A DNA stretch of 64,000 nt from an uncultured SAR86 cluster bacterium. Lineage in GTDB: Bacteria > Pseudomonadota > Gammaproteobacteria > Magnimaribacterales > D2472. The notes under the pieces were generated by a model. The model was not told the origin of the DNA. It saw only the letters and a program-made list of their open reading frames with translations, and made no database searches. This document shows, one piece after another, positions 46,203 to 56,448 of this stretch (position 1 is its first letter; each line of letters begins with the position of its first letter). The DNA is taken from the NCBI GenBank assembly GCA_964276145.1, contig CAXYDN010000007.1:167122-231121 (forward strand). The letters are read 5' to 3'. Both the position numbers and the translations under genes were made by a program.

Positions 46203-47663
46203 CTACTTAATATTAGATATAGTTTTCTCTAAATAATTTCTCCAAATTTTATAATCTATTTCAAAAAAGTCTTTCAAGCTATCTTGAGGTTTATATTTTT
46301 TCTCTATTTGTGATTTTATATCATTGATACTTACGCCTTCAGATATTTGTGATACAACACAAGCACCCAAAGCGGTTGATTCAATATTCTGTGGCTTAAG
46401 GATATTTACTTGGAGAGTATCTGATAATAACTGACAGAAAGTTTTGTTCGCAGTCATGCCTCCATCTATAAAGAGCGAATTTATCTCAATATTATTTTGA
46501 ATAAGTAGCTCAGTTATATCTCTTGTCTGATAGCATATTGATTTAAATGCTGCTGTTATCATGTCTTTCCTTGAGGAATCCTGTGTAATACCATAGAAAC
46601 CACCTCTTACATCCGAATTCCAATATGGCGCTGCAAGTCCATTAAAGGCAGGGAGAAATTGTACATTATTAGAAAACCCATTGTGATCTATGTATTTTTC
46701 ACTATCAGATGCATTATTAAAAAATTCCATTTTATCTCTGAGCCATTGAATTATATTGCCACATGAATAAATACTTCCTTCAATTGCATAGTTGACTTCG
46801 TTATTTAGCGCGTATCCTACAGTTGTGAGAAGTCCTTCATCGAGTGTTATTAATTTTTCTTTGGTATTTACCATTAAGAAACAGCCGGTACCATATGTTG
46901 ACTTCATATCTCCATTATTAAAACAGCTTTGCCCAACCAAGGCAGATTGTTGATCTCCAATAACACCTTTTATAGCTATATTTTGGCCACTTATTGAAAG
47001 TGTTCCATAGTCTGAATCACAAGATCTCACCTCAGGCAGCATAGATCTTGGTATATCAAATAGATTTAATAGATCTTCATCCCATTGCATATCGTTAATA
47101 TTAAATAACATGGTTCTTGAGGCATTAGTTACATCTGTCAGATGTAAGCCCTCTCTGGATAATTTACTTACTAAAAAAGAATCTATTGTTCCAAATCTAA
47201 GCTTTCCTGCTTCAGCCTCCCTTCTCGCCCCATCCACGTTATCTAATATCCACTTTATTTTTGTAGCAGAAAAATATGGATCAATTACTAAGCCAGTTTT
47301 AGCCCTAACCATTTCCTCATATCCATTTTCTTTTAATGATTTACATAATTCATGAGTTCTTCTATCTTGCCAAACAATTGCAGGATAAATGGGCTCCCCT
47401 GTTTCTGCAGACCAAACAACAGTAGTTTCCCTTTGGTTTGTTATTCCACAACAAGTTATTGTTTCTGAGGTTTCTTTTAAAACTTTTTCCAGTGTCTGGT
47501 TTACTGTTTTTAAAATGTCATTTGGTTCTGCCTCAACCCAACCGTCATTTGGGTAAGATAAAGAATATTCTTCTTGAGAGTCTGTTATAAGCTCATGATT
47601 AGAACTAAATATTATTGCCCTCGAGCTTGTTGTTCCTTGATCTATAGCTAAAAAATTACTCAT
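46203..47663 (-). CDS. glpK: Glycerol kinase
   Basis: LAIDQGTTSSRAIIF and FGGY-family signatures. 486 aa. Confidence 0.95.
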   Translation of the reverse strand: MSNFLAIDQGTTSSRAIIFSSNHELITDSQEEYSLSYPNDGWVEAEPNDILKTVNQTLEKVLKETSETITCCGITNQRETTVVWSAETGEPIYPAIVWQDRRTHELCKSLKENGYEEMVRAKTGLVIDPYFSATKIKWILDNVDGARREAEAGKLRFGTIDSFLVSKLSREGLHLTDVTNASRTMLFNINDMQWDEDLLNLFDIPRSMLPEVRSCDSDYGTLSISGQNIAIKGVIGDQQSALVGQSCFNNGDMKSTYGTGCFLMVNTKEKLITLDEGLLTTVGYALNNEVNYAIEGSIYSCGNIIQWLRDKMEFFNNASDSEKYIDHNGFSNNVQFLPAFNGLAAPYWNSDVRGGFYGITQDSSRKDMITAAFKSICYQTRDITELLIQNNIEINSLFIDGGMTANKTFCQLLSDTLQVNILKPQNIESTALGACVVSQISEGVSINDIKSQIEKKYKPQDSLKDFFEIDYKIWRNYLEKTISNIK

Positions 47664-47684
47664 ATTATTTCTCCATTATAAGAA

Positions 47685-47693
47685 TTATCCACA
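47685..47693 (+). promoter_or_regulatory. DnaA box (perfect TTATCCACA) upstream of nrdA
   Basis: Read directly. Confidence 0.6.
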
Positions 47694-47733
47694 ATTTATA
47701 CACTGATTGCCAACAGTTAAAAAACAGCTTACA

Positions 47734-47749
47734 TACACTATATAGTGAA
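47734..47749. promoter_or_regulatory. NrdR box 1
   Basis: tACACTATATAGTGaa matches the palindromic NrdR consensus acaCwAtATaTwGtgt. Confidence 0.75.
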
Positions 47750-47763
47750 AAAAAACGTAATTG

Positions 47764-47779
47764 TCACAATATATAGTGT
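47764..47779. promoter_or_regulatory. NrdR box 2
   Basis: tCACAATATATAGTGt. Its centre is about 31 bp from box 1, the usual tandem NrdR-box phasing. Confidence 0.75.
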
Positions 47780-47795
47780 TTTTTTACTTGATTCT

Positions 47796-47804
47796 TTATC
47801 CACA
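47796..47804 (+). promoter_or_regulatory. DnaA box (perfect TTATCCACA) upstream of nrdA
   Basis: Read directly. Same orientation as the box at 47685. Confidence 0.6.
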
Positions 47805-47940
47805 ACAAGTAATATTACATTAGCGGAACAAAAAGTAAGTGTAACTGCAGACACACAAACTTCTTCCAGAAAGTTAAATTTAAATGAACTCTTTATGAGT
47901 GGACAAGTTACGGCGAATAAATAGGGAAACTGAGAAAAAA

Positions 47941-50820
47941 ATGGAAACAACACAACAAGAAACCAGCAAAACATTAGAAGTTCAACAGCAGACTCAAATG
48001 AATGATGTTGAAACAACCGCTCCTGGAAAGCTAAGAGTTATTAAAAGAAATGGAAAAGTGGTTGCTTTCGAAGAAGATAAAATAAAAGTTGCAATAACAA
48101 AAGCATTTCTAGCAACTGAATCAGGTAACGCAGCTGCAAGTGAAAGAATTCATAAAAAAGTTAATGTTATATCGACTGGTGTTATTGAGGTTTTTGAAAG
48201 AAGGATGCCATCAGGAGGAACACTTCATATTGAAGAAATACAAGACCAGGTTGAGCTTCAACTAATGAGAAGTGAAGAGCTCGAAGTGGCAAGAAGTTAT
48301 ATTCTATATAGAGCTGGAAGAACACAAGAAAGAAAAAAAGAAACACCAGAAATAGATATACCAAATAAACCTAATATAAATATTACTAAGTCGGATGGAA
48401 CATCTGTGCCACTTGATATTGATAAGGTAGCTGCGTTAATAAATGATGCATGTGACGGGCTTGAGGAAGTATCAATGAATGTTGTTCTTGAAGAAGCTCT
48501 AAAAAATCTATATGACGGAGTCTCTATAGCGGATATGAGAACAAGTCTTGTGATGTCAGCAAGAACAAAGGTAGAACAGGAACCAAATTACTCATTTGTA
48601 ACAGCAAGAATTCTAATGGACCAAATTAGAAGTGAAGCACTTGGGTTTCTAGGAGTTGCCGAAGAGTCAACATACGATCAGATGAAGGAATATTATCCAA
48701 AAGCATTCTTAGCATATATTGATAAAGGGATTGAGTTGGACATATTAGATCCTGGCTTAAAAACTTTTGATCTAGATAAGCTTAGCCAAGCCATTGACCA
48801 CACAAGAGATAATCAGTTTACTTATCTAGGATTGCAAACACTCTATGATAGATATTTTATTCATAGCAACGATGTAAGATATGAACTACCTCAGGTATTT
48901 TTCATGAGGGTTGCAATGGGACTTGCTGTGGAGGAGGATAATAGAGAAGAAAGAGCAATAGAATTTTATAGATTGCTATCTAGCTTTGACTATATGAGCT
49001 CAACTCCAACTCTTTTTAACTCAGGAACTAAAAGACCTCAACTATCTTCTTGCTATTTGACAACTATACCAGATGACCTGGATGGCATTTTTGGAGCTAT
49101 GAAAGATAATGCACTTCTTTCAAAGTGGGCTGGAGGTTTAGGAAATGATTGGACATCAGTAAGAGCAATGAACTCCTACATCAAAGGTACAAATGGAAAA
49201 AGCCAAGGTGTTGTACCTTTTCTGAAAGTGGCTAATGACACTGCTGTTGCTGTTAACCAAGGCGGCAAAAGAAAAGGAGCTATGTGCGCTTACTTAGAAA
49301 CATGGCATCTAGATGTGGAAGAATTTTTAGAGCTTAGAAAAAATACAGGCGATGAAAGAAGAAGAACTCATGATATGAATACTGCTAACTGGGTACCAGA
49401 TTTATTTATGAAAAGAGTTGAGGAAGACAAAAATTGGACACTCTTCTCGCCTGGAGAAGCACCAGAACTTCACGATCTTATAGGTAAGGCTTTTGAAGAG
49501 AAATATGAAGAGTATGAAAGAAAAGCTGAGGCTGGAGAAATGGATCAATTTAAATCATTGCCAGCCAAAGAACTATGGAGAAAAATGTTAACAATGTTGT
49601 TTGAAACAGGACATCCCTGGATAACATTTAAGGATTCATGCAACCTTAGATCTCCTCAACAACATGCAGGCGTTGTTCATTCTTCAAACCTTTGTACAGA
49701 AATTACTTTAAATACAAGTGCAGATGAAATTGCTGTTTGTAATCTAGGCTCAGTAAATCTTGCAAGGCATATGAAAGACGGAAAACTTGATGAAGAGAAA
49801 ATAAAGCAAACTGTATCAACGGCCATAAGAATGCTTGATAACGTTATAAATATTAACTATTACTCTGTAGATACAGCAAAAAATTCTAATCTAAAGCATA
49901 GGCCTATAGGTCTGGGCATGATGGGGTTCCAGGACGCCTTATACGTTCAAGATATAGCTTATTGCAGTGATGATGCTGTCAACTTTGCTGATAGAAGTAT
50001 GGAATTAATTAGCTACTACGCAATTCATGCATCAACAGAACTTGCAAAAGAAAGAGGAGCTTATGAATCCTATGAGGGGTCTCTTTGGAGCAGAGGAATC
50101 CTTCCGAAGGATTCAATAGAAATATTAGAAGAAAATAGAGGTTCAGAGTATCTAAATGTTGATAGATCAGAAACACTTGATTGGGAAACACTAAGAAAGA
50201 AAGTTATTTCAGATGGTATGAGAAATTCTAACGTTATGGCTATAGCCCCTACTGCAACCATTTCAAATATAACTGGCGTAACTCAGTCTGTTGAGCCGAC
50301 TTATCAAAACCTATATGTTAAGTCCAATCTTTCAGGAGAATTTACTATTGTTAATCCACATCTGGTACATAAGCTAAAAGAGTTAAACTTATGGGATGAT
50401 GTCATGATTAATGATCTTAAATATTTTGAAGGAAGCTTATCTCAGATTTCAAGAATACCTGATGAAATAAAAACTATATATTCGACAGCTTTTGAAGTAG
50501 AGCCAAGGTATATAGTTGAATCAGCAAGTAGAAGACAAAAATGGATTGATCAAGCTCAGTCGTTAAATTTGTATATAGGAAATGCTGATGGGAAAAAACT
50601 AGATATCACATACAGAATGGCATGGTATTCTGGCTTAAAAACAACTTATTACCTTAGATCTATCGCTGCAACATCAACTGAAAAGTCAACTGTTGCGCAA
50701 GGAAAACTAAATGCAGTGAGTGCGGAAGCAACTCAATCTGCACCACAGGAACTTGGAGCGCCGGCTCCTGTTCCAGATGCTTGCTCTCTGGACGATCCAG
50801 ATTGTGAAGCATGTCAATAA
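47941..50820 (+). CDS. nrdA: Class Ia ribonucleoside-diphosphate reductase alpha subunit
   Basis: ATP-cone RVIKRNGKVVAFEEDKI, active-site SSNLCTEI, TTYYLRS, and a C-terminal Cys pair (DPDCEACQ). ATG 47941 is preferred; the alternative GTG is at 47899. Confidence 0.96.
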   Translation: METTQQETSKTLEVQQQTQMNDVETTAPGKLRVIKRNGKVVAFEEDKIKVAITKAFLATESGNAAASERIHKKVNVISTGVIEVFERRMPSGGTLHIEEIQDQVELQLMRSEELEVARSYILYRAGRTQERKKETPEIDIPNKPNINITKSDGTSVPLDIDKVAALINDACDGLEEVSMNVVLEEALKNLYDGVSIADMRTSLVMSARTKVEQEPNYSFVTARILMDQIRSEALGFLGVAEESTYDQMKEYYPKAFLAYIDKGIELDILDPGLKTFDLDKLSQAIDHTRDNQFTYLGLQTLYDRYFIHSNDVRYELPQVFFMRVAMGLAVEEDNREERAIEFYRLLSSFDYMSSTPTLFNSGTKRPQLSSCYLTTIPDDLDGIFGAMKDNALLSKWAGGLGNDWTSVRAMNSYIKGTNGKSQGVVPFLKVANDTAVAVNQGGKRKGAMCAYLETWHLDVEEFLELRKNTGDERRRTHDMNTANWVPDLFMKRVEEDKNWTLFSPGEAPELHDLIGKAFEEKYEEYERKAEAGEMDQFKSLPAKELWRKMLTMLFETGHPWITFKDSCNLRSPQQHAGVVHSSNLCTEITLNTSADEIAVCNLGSVNLARHMKDGKLDEEKIKQTVSTAIRMLDNVININYYSVDTAKNSNLKHRPIGLGMMGFQDALYVQDIAYCSDDAVNFADRSMELISYYAIHASTELAKERGAYESYEGSLWSRGILPKDSIEILEENRGSEYLNVDRSETLDWETLRKKVISDGMRNSNVMAIAPTATISNITGVTQSVEPTYQNLYVKSNLSGEFTIVNPHLVHKLKELNLWDDVMINDLKYFEGSLSQISRIPDEIKTIYSTAFEVEPRYIVESASRRQKWIDQAQSLNLYIGNADGKKLDITYRMAWYSGLKTTYYLRSIAATSTEKSTVAQGKLNAVSAEATQSAPQELGAPAPVPDACSLDDPDCEACQ

Positions 50821-50834
50821 TATAGGAGAAAGAA

Positions 50835-52100
50835 ATGTTAAATTGGGATGAATACGGAAAAGAGGAAGTAAATACAGCAGCTGTTGTTACAGCAACAAAA
50901 CCTGTTATTGAAACACCTCAAGCTGCTGAACAACAACCCACTCCAGCACCTGTAAATACAGTAGCTGAAACAAAAAGTGAGAATGTGAGTATTGAAGAAG
51001 GTTCTAGAGCAAAAATTGCTAGAGAAGCTATACAAAATTTAGATGTTGCAGCAGGAGTAGAAGAGCTAGATGAAATGGCTGGATCAAGGGTTCAGGTTGA
51101 TGACAAAATGATGATTAACTGTAAAGCAGATTTAAATCAACTTGTTCCATTTAAATACGACTGGGCATGGCAAAAGTACTTAGATGGCAGTGCAAATCAT
51201 TGGATGCCTCAAGAGATTAATATGACTAGTGACATAGTTCTTTGGAAATCAGAAGATGGCTTAACTGAAGATGAAAGAACAATAGTAAAAAGAAACTTAG
51301 GTTTCTTTTCAACAGCTGACTCACTAGTTGCTAATAACTTAGTTTTAGCTCTATATAGATTAATAACAAATCCAGAATGTAGGCAATATATTTTAAGACA
51401 GAGCCTAGAGGAAGCGATACATACTCATGCATATCAATATTGCATAGAATCTCTTGGAATGGATGAAGGAGAGATTTTTAATATGTATAGAGAAATACCG
51501 TGCGTATCAAGAAAGGCAGCTTGGGGACTAAAATATACTCAAGAAATATCAAATCCTGAATTCAAAACAGGGACAGTGGAGACAGATAAGCAACTTCTTA
51601 AAAATCTTATTGCCTTCTATTGTGTATTGGAAGGGATTTTCTTCTATTGTGGTTTTACTCAAATATTATCAATGGGAAGAAGAAATAAAATGACTGGAAC
51701 ATCTGAGCAATTTCAATATATTCTCAGAGATGAGTCCATGCATGTAAATTTTGGCATCGATGTGATTAATCAAATTAAAATTGAGAATCCTCATTTGTGG
51801 GACGAAGAAATGAAGGCTGAAGCTGCACAAATGATACTTGAAGGTACTGAATTAGAAATCATGTATGCAAGAGATACCATGCCTCGAGGTGTTTTAGGAA
51901 TGAATGCTGCAATGATGGAAGAATATCTTAAATTTATTGCAAATAGAAGATTGACTCAGATAGGTTTGGAAGAAGAGTTTAAAGGTGTGGGAAATCCTTT
52001 TCCTTGGATGTCTGAAATTATTGACTTGAGAAAAGAGAAGAACTTCTTTGAAACCAGAGTTACTGAGTATCAGGTAGGCGGTGCCCTTAACTGGGAGTAA
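50835..52100 (+). CDS. nrdB: Class Ia ribonucleoside-diphosphate reductase beta subunit (long N-terminal extension)
   Basis: Di-iron ligand motifs [11 protein letters not shown] and [10 protein letters not shown]. Confidence 0.95.
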   Translation: MLNWDEYGKEEVNTAAVVTATKPVIETPQAAEQQPTPAPVNTVAETKSENVSIEEGSRAKIAREAIQNLDVAAGVEELDEMAGSRVQVDDKMMINCKADLNQLVPFKYDWAWQKYLDGSANHWMPQEINMTSDIVLWKSEDGLTEDERTIVKRNLGFFSTADSLVANNLVLALYRLITNPECRQYILRQSLEEAIHTHAYQYCIESLGMDEGEIFNMYREIPCVSRKAAWGLKYTQEISNPEFKTGTVETDKQLLKNLIAFYCVLEGIFFYCGFTQILSMGRRNKMTGTSEQFQYILRDESMHVNFGIDVINQIKIENPHLWDEEMKAEAAQMILEGTELEIMYARDTMPRGVLGMNAAMMEEYLKFIANRRLTQIGLEEEFKGVGNPFPWMSEIIDLRKEKNFFETRVTEYQVGGALNWE

Positions 52101-52739
52101 ATGAAAAGCTCATTAGAAAAGCCTCTCTTAAGAGGCTATTTTCATGAGTGGATGTTTTTTATTTCAATAGGTGCCTGTATACCTCTAATTATAAAAAGCA
52201 CTTCATCAACAGAGCTTATATCTACCATTATTTATTCTGTAGGAATATTTATGATGTTTGGTTTTAGTGCCCTTTACCACAGGGTTAACTGGAGACCTAA
52301 AGTTCTTAAAGTGATGAGAAAGCTTGATCATCTATCGATATTTATAATGATAGCTGGCAGCTTCACTCCGATATGTCTTCTGGTGCTTCCAAAAAATCTT
52401 GGGTTCCAGCTTTTATTAATTATTTGGATTATTGCAGGAATAGGTATCGTGCAAGCAGTCATATTTACAAACATACATCGTTTACTAAGAGCATTTATTT
52501 ATGTAGTTGCAGGGTATATGGCACTACCCTATCTAGCGGTCATGTCATCAGCAATGGGTCTAACTAATTTTATTTTAACAGTTGTAGGCGGAGGTATATA
52601 TTCAGTTGGAGCTATTGGCTATGGATTAAAGTTTCCAAACTTTAGTCCAAAGTATTTTGGCTATCATGAGTTTTTTCATGTTCTAGTCTCAATTGCAGCG
52701 ATACTACATTTTATAGTTATATATTCTATAGTTGGATAA
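52101..52739 (+). CDS. Hemolysin-III / PAQR-family channel protein
   Basis: Seven TM spans, YFHEW.. N-terminus and HEFFHVLV C-terminal motif. The ATG directly abuts the nrdB TAA. Confidence 0.85.
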   Translation: MKSSLEKPLLRGYFHEWMFFISIGACIPLIIKSTSSTELISTIIYSVGIFMMFGFSALYHRVNWRPKVLKVMRKLDHLSIFIMIAGSFTPICLLVLPKNLGFQLLLIIWIIAGIGIVQAVIFTNIHRLLRAFIYVVAGYMALPYLAVMSSAMGLTNFILTVVGGGIYSVGAIGYGLKFPNFSPKYFGYHEFFHVLVSIAAILHFIVIYSIVG

Positions 52740-52759
52740 AAGGATAGAGATAAAATTAA

Positions 52760-53374
52760 TTATATAGAGAAACTCGATCTGCTAGAGACCTGGTTTATAT
52801 AATCATTCAGATTTTCATAATCTTTTAGATCAAGCTTATTAAGTCTGACCAAGAATTGCAGTGAAGTGACCATTTGTATATCTGCATAAGTAAACCTTTC
52901 TCCTGCAATGTATTCTCTACTGGCAATAATATCGTTATAAATATCTAAAGACTTAACTGCTAATTCTCTTTGAGCAAGTCCATATTCTTGGTTTTGATTT
53001 TCCATTTGACTCATATGAGGATGTGTATGCCTAAAACCATGCATCAATGGCACCATCAACTCATAAGTCACCCTGGAGTACCACATCTCAATAGAAGCTA
53101 TTTCAATCGGATTTTCTCCAAATAAATTAGGCTCTGGATACAAAGATTCTAAATATCTACATATAGCAGTTGTTTCTAGAATGATTGTATCGTCATCCAA
53201 CTTCAATGCAGGAACTTTTGAGTTAGGAGCTATAACTTTATATTCTGATGTTTTATGCTCAAGCTTTCCTAAGTCTAGGTCAATAATTTTTACCTGATCT
53301 AATATGCCCTTTTCTTTTAAAAAAATTAAAACTTTGAGCGGACTAGGAGCAAGCTTGCTTGAATATAGAATCAA
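52760..53374 (-). CDS. Glutathione S-transferase
   Basis: Thioredoxin-like N-domain (SPLKVLIFLKEKG.., VPAL..D..ILETTAICRYL) plus a helical C-domain. Confidence 0.85.
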   Translation of the reverse strand: MILYSSKLAPSPLKVLIFLKEKGILDQVKIIDLDLGKLEHKTSEYKVIAPNSKVPALKLDDDTIILETTAICRYLESLYPEPNLFGENPIEIASIEMWYSRVTYELMVPLMHGFRHTHPHMSQMENQNQEYGLAQRELAVKSLDIYNDIIASREYIAGERFTYADIQMVTSLQFLVRLNKLDLKDYENLNDYINQVSSRSSFSI

Positions 53375-53376
53375 TA

Positions 53377-54279
53377 TTATGCCTTGTTGATTAATTCAAA
53401 TATTTTTAAAGTCTGCTCACCGCCATTTTGTAGAGGTCTAGCATCATCCATATCTGAAACTTTATCCCAATTTGCAGCTATATTCTCTGGAGTCATATCT
53501 TCTGCAGTACCAAGATTAATACCCATAGTTTCATGGATAAATATTCGAGCAAAAACTCCAGCACCAGCAGCCATAACAACTCCATTAGGAGCATCTTTAC
53601 TAGCAAGATATAGAACAGCAGGTGTAACATGTTCTGGCTGCATATTTTTACCAAAATCTTCAGGTATAAGACCTTCTGTCATTCTTGTGTATGCCACAGG
53701 AGTTATAGAATTGGTAAATACGTTATATTTCTGCCCTTCTAATTTAAGTGTATTCATTAATCCTACCATTGCCATTTTTGCAGATCCATAATTTGCTTGA
53801 CCAAAATTACCAAACACCCCACTGGATGAACTGGTAAAAATGATTCTTCCAAATTCTTGCTCTCTCATTATAGGGTATACGGTATGAGTACAATTTAAAG
53901 TACCTTGAAAATGGACATCCATAACTGCATTAAAGCTCTCTATGGTGTCTTTATGAAAACTTTTGTCTCTTAAAATACCAGCATTATTGACAAGAATATC
54001 TATTCTTCCCCATTTTTCTTTAGCTTCATTTACCATAGCTTGAACTGCTTCTAAATCAGTAACGCTTGCACCATTTGCAATTGCCTCACCGCCCTCAGAA
54101 ATAATCTGATCAACAACAGCGTTGGCAGCATCACTAGCACCACTTCCATCTACACCTCCGCCAAGATCATTAACAACTACCTTTGCGCCTCTTCTTGCAA
54201 GCCCTAATGCATGTTCTTTTCCTAGTCCGCCACCTGCTCCAGTAACAATTGCAACTTGATCATCAAATCTAATACTCAT
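53377..54279 (-). CDS. SDR-family oxidoreductase (MFE-2 / 3-hydroxyacyl-CoA dehydrogenase-like)
   Basis: VAIVTGAGGGLGKEHALGLARRGAKVVVNDLGG and NYGSAKMA (YxxxK). Confidence 0.88.
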   Translation of the reverse strand: MSIRFDDQVAIVTGAGGGLGKEHALGLARRGAKVVVNDLGGGVDGSGASDAANAVVDQIISEGGEAIANGASVTDLEAVQAMVNEAKEKWGRIDILVNNAGILRDKSFHKDTIESFNAVMDVHFQGTLNCTHTVYPIMREQEFGRIIFTSSSSGVFGNFGQANYGSAKMAMVGLMNTLKLEGQKYNVFTNSITPVAYTRMTEGLIPEDFGKNMQPEHVTPAVLYLASKDAPNGVVMAAGAGVFARIFIHETMGINLGTAEDMTPENIAANWDKVSDMDDARPLQNGGEQTLKIFELINKA

Positions 54280-54376
54280 TTATTTCACCCCTTTTTTGGA
54301 AGTCGTTATACGTTTAAGATAAGGTTATTCTAATAAAAATTAGTCTTATTTACTATCATCTAAAAAAGGAGCATTC

Positions 54377-54970
54377 TTGATTAAAAAAGAAGTAATAGCT
54401 GGATATGAAAATTTAGAAATTGATATATATAAGAATATTGGCTTAGGACAAAAAGAAGATCTATGGTTTCAATCCTGCTTGCATGATTTAAATTGGGAAA
54501 CAGGATTTATTAAAATCTTTGGTAAAACTCATCAAATACCTAGACTACAATCATGGTATGCAGACGATGGTATTGAATACACATACTCTGGAAAAAAACT
54601 TCAAAGACACAATTGGAATAAAACATTAATAGAGATTAAGCAAGAAATTGAAAGTATTACATCTATTAAATTTAATTCTGTTCTTGCAAATTTGTACAGA
54701 AATGGAAATGACTCTATGGGACTTCATTCTGATAATGAAAAAGAACTCGGAATTAATCCTGTAATAGCATCTTTGTCACTTGGAGAATCCAGGGATATTC
54801 ACTTCAAGCATAAAAATATAAAAACAAGCATAAATATTCCCCAAATTAGTGGTCAGCTTATTGTGATGTATGGTCAAACACAAAAATATTGGAAACATGA
54901 AATAAAAAAGACAAAAAAATTTAAAAAGCCAAGAATAAATTTAACTTTTAGGAATATAATTACAAATTAA
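54377..54970 (+). CDS. alkB: Fe(II)/2-oxoglutarate-dependent DNA/RNA repair dioxygenase AlkB
   Basis: LHSDNE (HxD), HE.., and RINLTFRNI. TTG start with AAGGAG 5 nt upstream. Confidence 0.88.
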   Translation: MIKKEVIAGYENLEIDIYKNIGLGQKEDLWFQSCLHDLNWETGFIKIFGKTHQIPRLQSWYADDGIEYTYSGKKLQRHNWNKTLIEIKQEIESITSIKFNSVLANLYRNGNDSMGLHSDNEKELGINPVIASLSLGESRDIHFKHKNIKTSINIPQISGQLIVMYGQTQKYWKHEIKKTKKFKKPRINLTFRNIITN

Positions 54971-54994
54971 ATTTCATAATTCAAAAGGAAAAAA

Positions 54995-55993
54995 ATGAGT
55001 TCAAGAGTAAAAGTGGTCGTTACTGGAGCAGCAGGTCAAATAGCCTACTCTCTTATTCCAAGATTGGTTGATGGAAAAACATTTGGTGAAAAGACTGTAG
55101 ATTTATGTCTTGTTGAGATCCCACAAGTTGTAAGCAAGCTTGAAGGTTTGGTTATGGAGCTTGAGGATTCATATTTTCCAAATATGGGTGAAGTAACCTA
55201 TACAGATAACTTTGATGAAGCTTCACATGATGCTGATTGGTTCCTCCTAGTGGGAAGTATTCCTAGAGGAATAGTATATGAAGGTAAAAAAATTGAAGAA
55301 AGATCAGATTTACTTAAGATTAATGGAGGTATTTTTGTTAATCAAGGTTCAGCTATAGGTAAATATGCTAAAGATGATGCAAAAATTCTTGTTGTTGGCA
55401 ATCCTGCAAATACAAATGCATTAATAGGTAAAAATGCAGCTGGAAAAGACTCTCAGCTTTGGATGGCTATGACTATGCTTGACTCAAGCAGAGCCAAGTC
55501 AGTAATAAGTAAAAAGACTGATACTAATATAAAAAATGTTAAGAATATGATTATTTGGGGTAATCATAGTCCAACCATGTATCCAGATATAGAGAATGTT
55601 TTAGTTGATGGAAAACTAGGCAAAGATGCTATTGATGATATGAATTGGGTTGAGGAGTATTTCTTGCCCACTGTTCAGCAAAGAGGTAAGGCTGTTATAG
55701 ATTCCAGAGGTGCTTCTTCTGCAACATCAGCTGCGAAAGCAGCATTGGACACTATTATTGCTTGTGAAAAACCTACAGAAGATGGAGATTCATTTAGTGC
55801 AGCTGTTTCAAGTGATGGAGCTTATGATGTTCCTGAGGGTCTTATATGTGGCTATCCGCTAATAACTCTTTCTGATGGAAGTGTTGAAATTAAAAGAGAT
55901 GTGAGTATGTCTCAATTTGCAAAAGAAAAATTCCAAATATCTATTGATGAACTTGAATCTGAGAGAGAGGCTGTAAAACATTTATTAAAATGA
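54995..55993 (+). CDS. mdh: Malate dehydrogenase (LDH-like type)
   Basis: VVVTGAAGQIAYSL, VVGNPANTNA and WGNHS motifs. Confidence 0.95.
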   Translation: MSSRVKVVVTGAAGQIAYSLIPRLVDGKTFGEKTVDLCLVEIPQVVSKLEGLVMELEDSYFPNMGEVTYTDNFDEASHDADWFLLVGSIPRGIVYEGKKIEERSDLLKINGGIFVNQGSAIGKYAKDDAKILVVGNPANTNALIGKNAAGKDSQLWMAMTMLDSSRAKSVISKKTDTNIKNVKNMIIWGNHSPTMYPDIENVLVDGKLGKDAIDDMNWVEEYFLPTVQQRGKAVIDSRGASSATSAAKAALDTIIACEKPTEDGDSFSAAVSSDGAYDVPEGLICGYPLITLSDGSVEIKRDVSMSQFAKEKFQISIDELESEREAVKHLLK

Positions 55994-56445
55994 AAGAAAA
56001 AGGAAATATTCTAAATAACTTTATCCTAAATACGCTTAAAGAAGAAAATTCCTTAAATATTCAATTTATAACAAATCAAGATATATCTAAATTAGTTAAA
56101 TTAATTGAAAGTACGTCTGTAGAACAGTTAAACATATCACCTTCAGTTCAAGATATTAAAGAGACTAGCGATCTTTTTATTGTATTAGAAGATATAGAAC
56201 TCAAAGAAAGTGAAATAGGCATTATTAAAAATCTCTTAAGTCAAAAGATAGTTATCTTCTCTATTCCTAGGGATGGTGTTAAAGAATCAAATATGATCAA
56301 GCTTGGGTTTCAGGTAGAGCTAGAGGACAGTAAAAACAAAATACTATGTTTTTCATATAACCTTAAAACTTATAATAACAAAAGGTCATGGAATAATGCT
56401 GAAGGCTGGGCAAATCCAGAAAATTTTGATAAATACAGATGGTAA
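55990..56445 (+). CDS. Hypothetical protein, translationally coupled to mdh (ATGA overlap)
   Basis: 151 aa with the C-terminal WNNAEGWANPENFDKYRW. Family not confidently recognised. Confidence 0.5.
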   Translation: MKEKGNILNNFILNTLKEENSLNIQFITNQDISKLVKLIESTSVEQLNISPSVQDIKETSDLFIVLEDIELKESEIGIIKNLLSQKIVIFSIPRDGVKESNMIKLGFQVELEDSKNKILCFSYNLKTYNNKRSWNNAEGWANPENFDKYRW

Positions 56446-56448
56446 AGG

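Noticed and set aside
47738-48016. 92-aa minus-strand ORF
   Set aside because: It overlaps the NrdR and DnaA boxes and the nrdA 5' end, with a hydrophobic low-complexity product.
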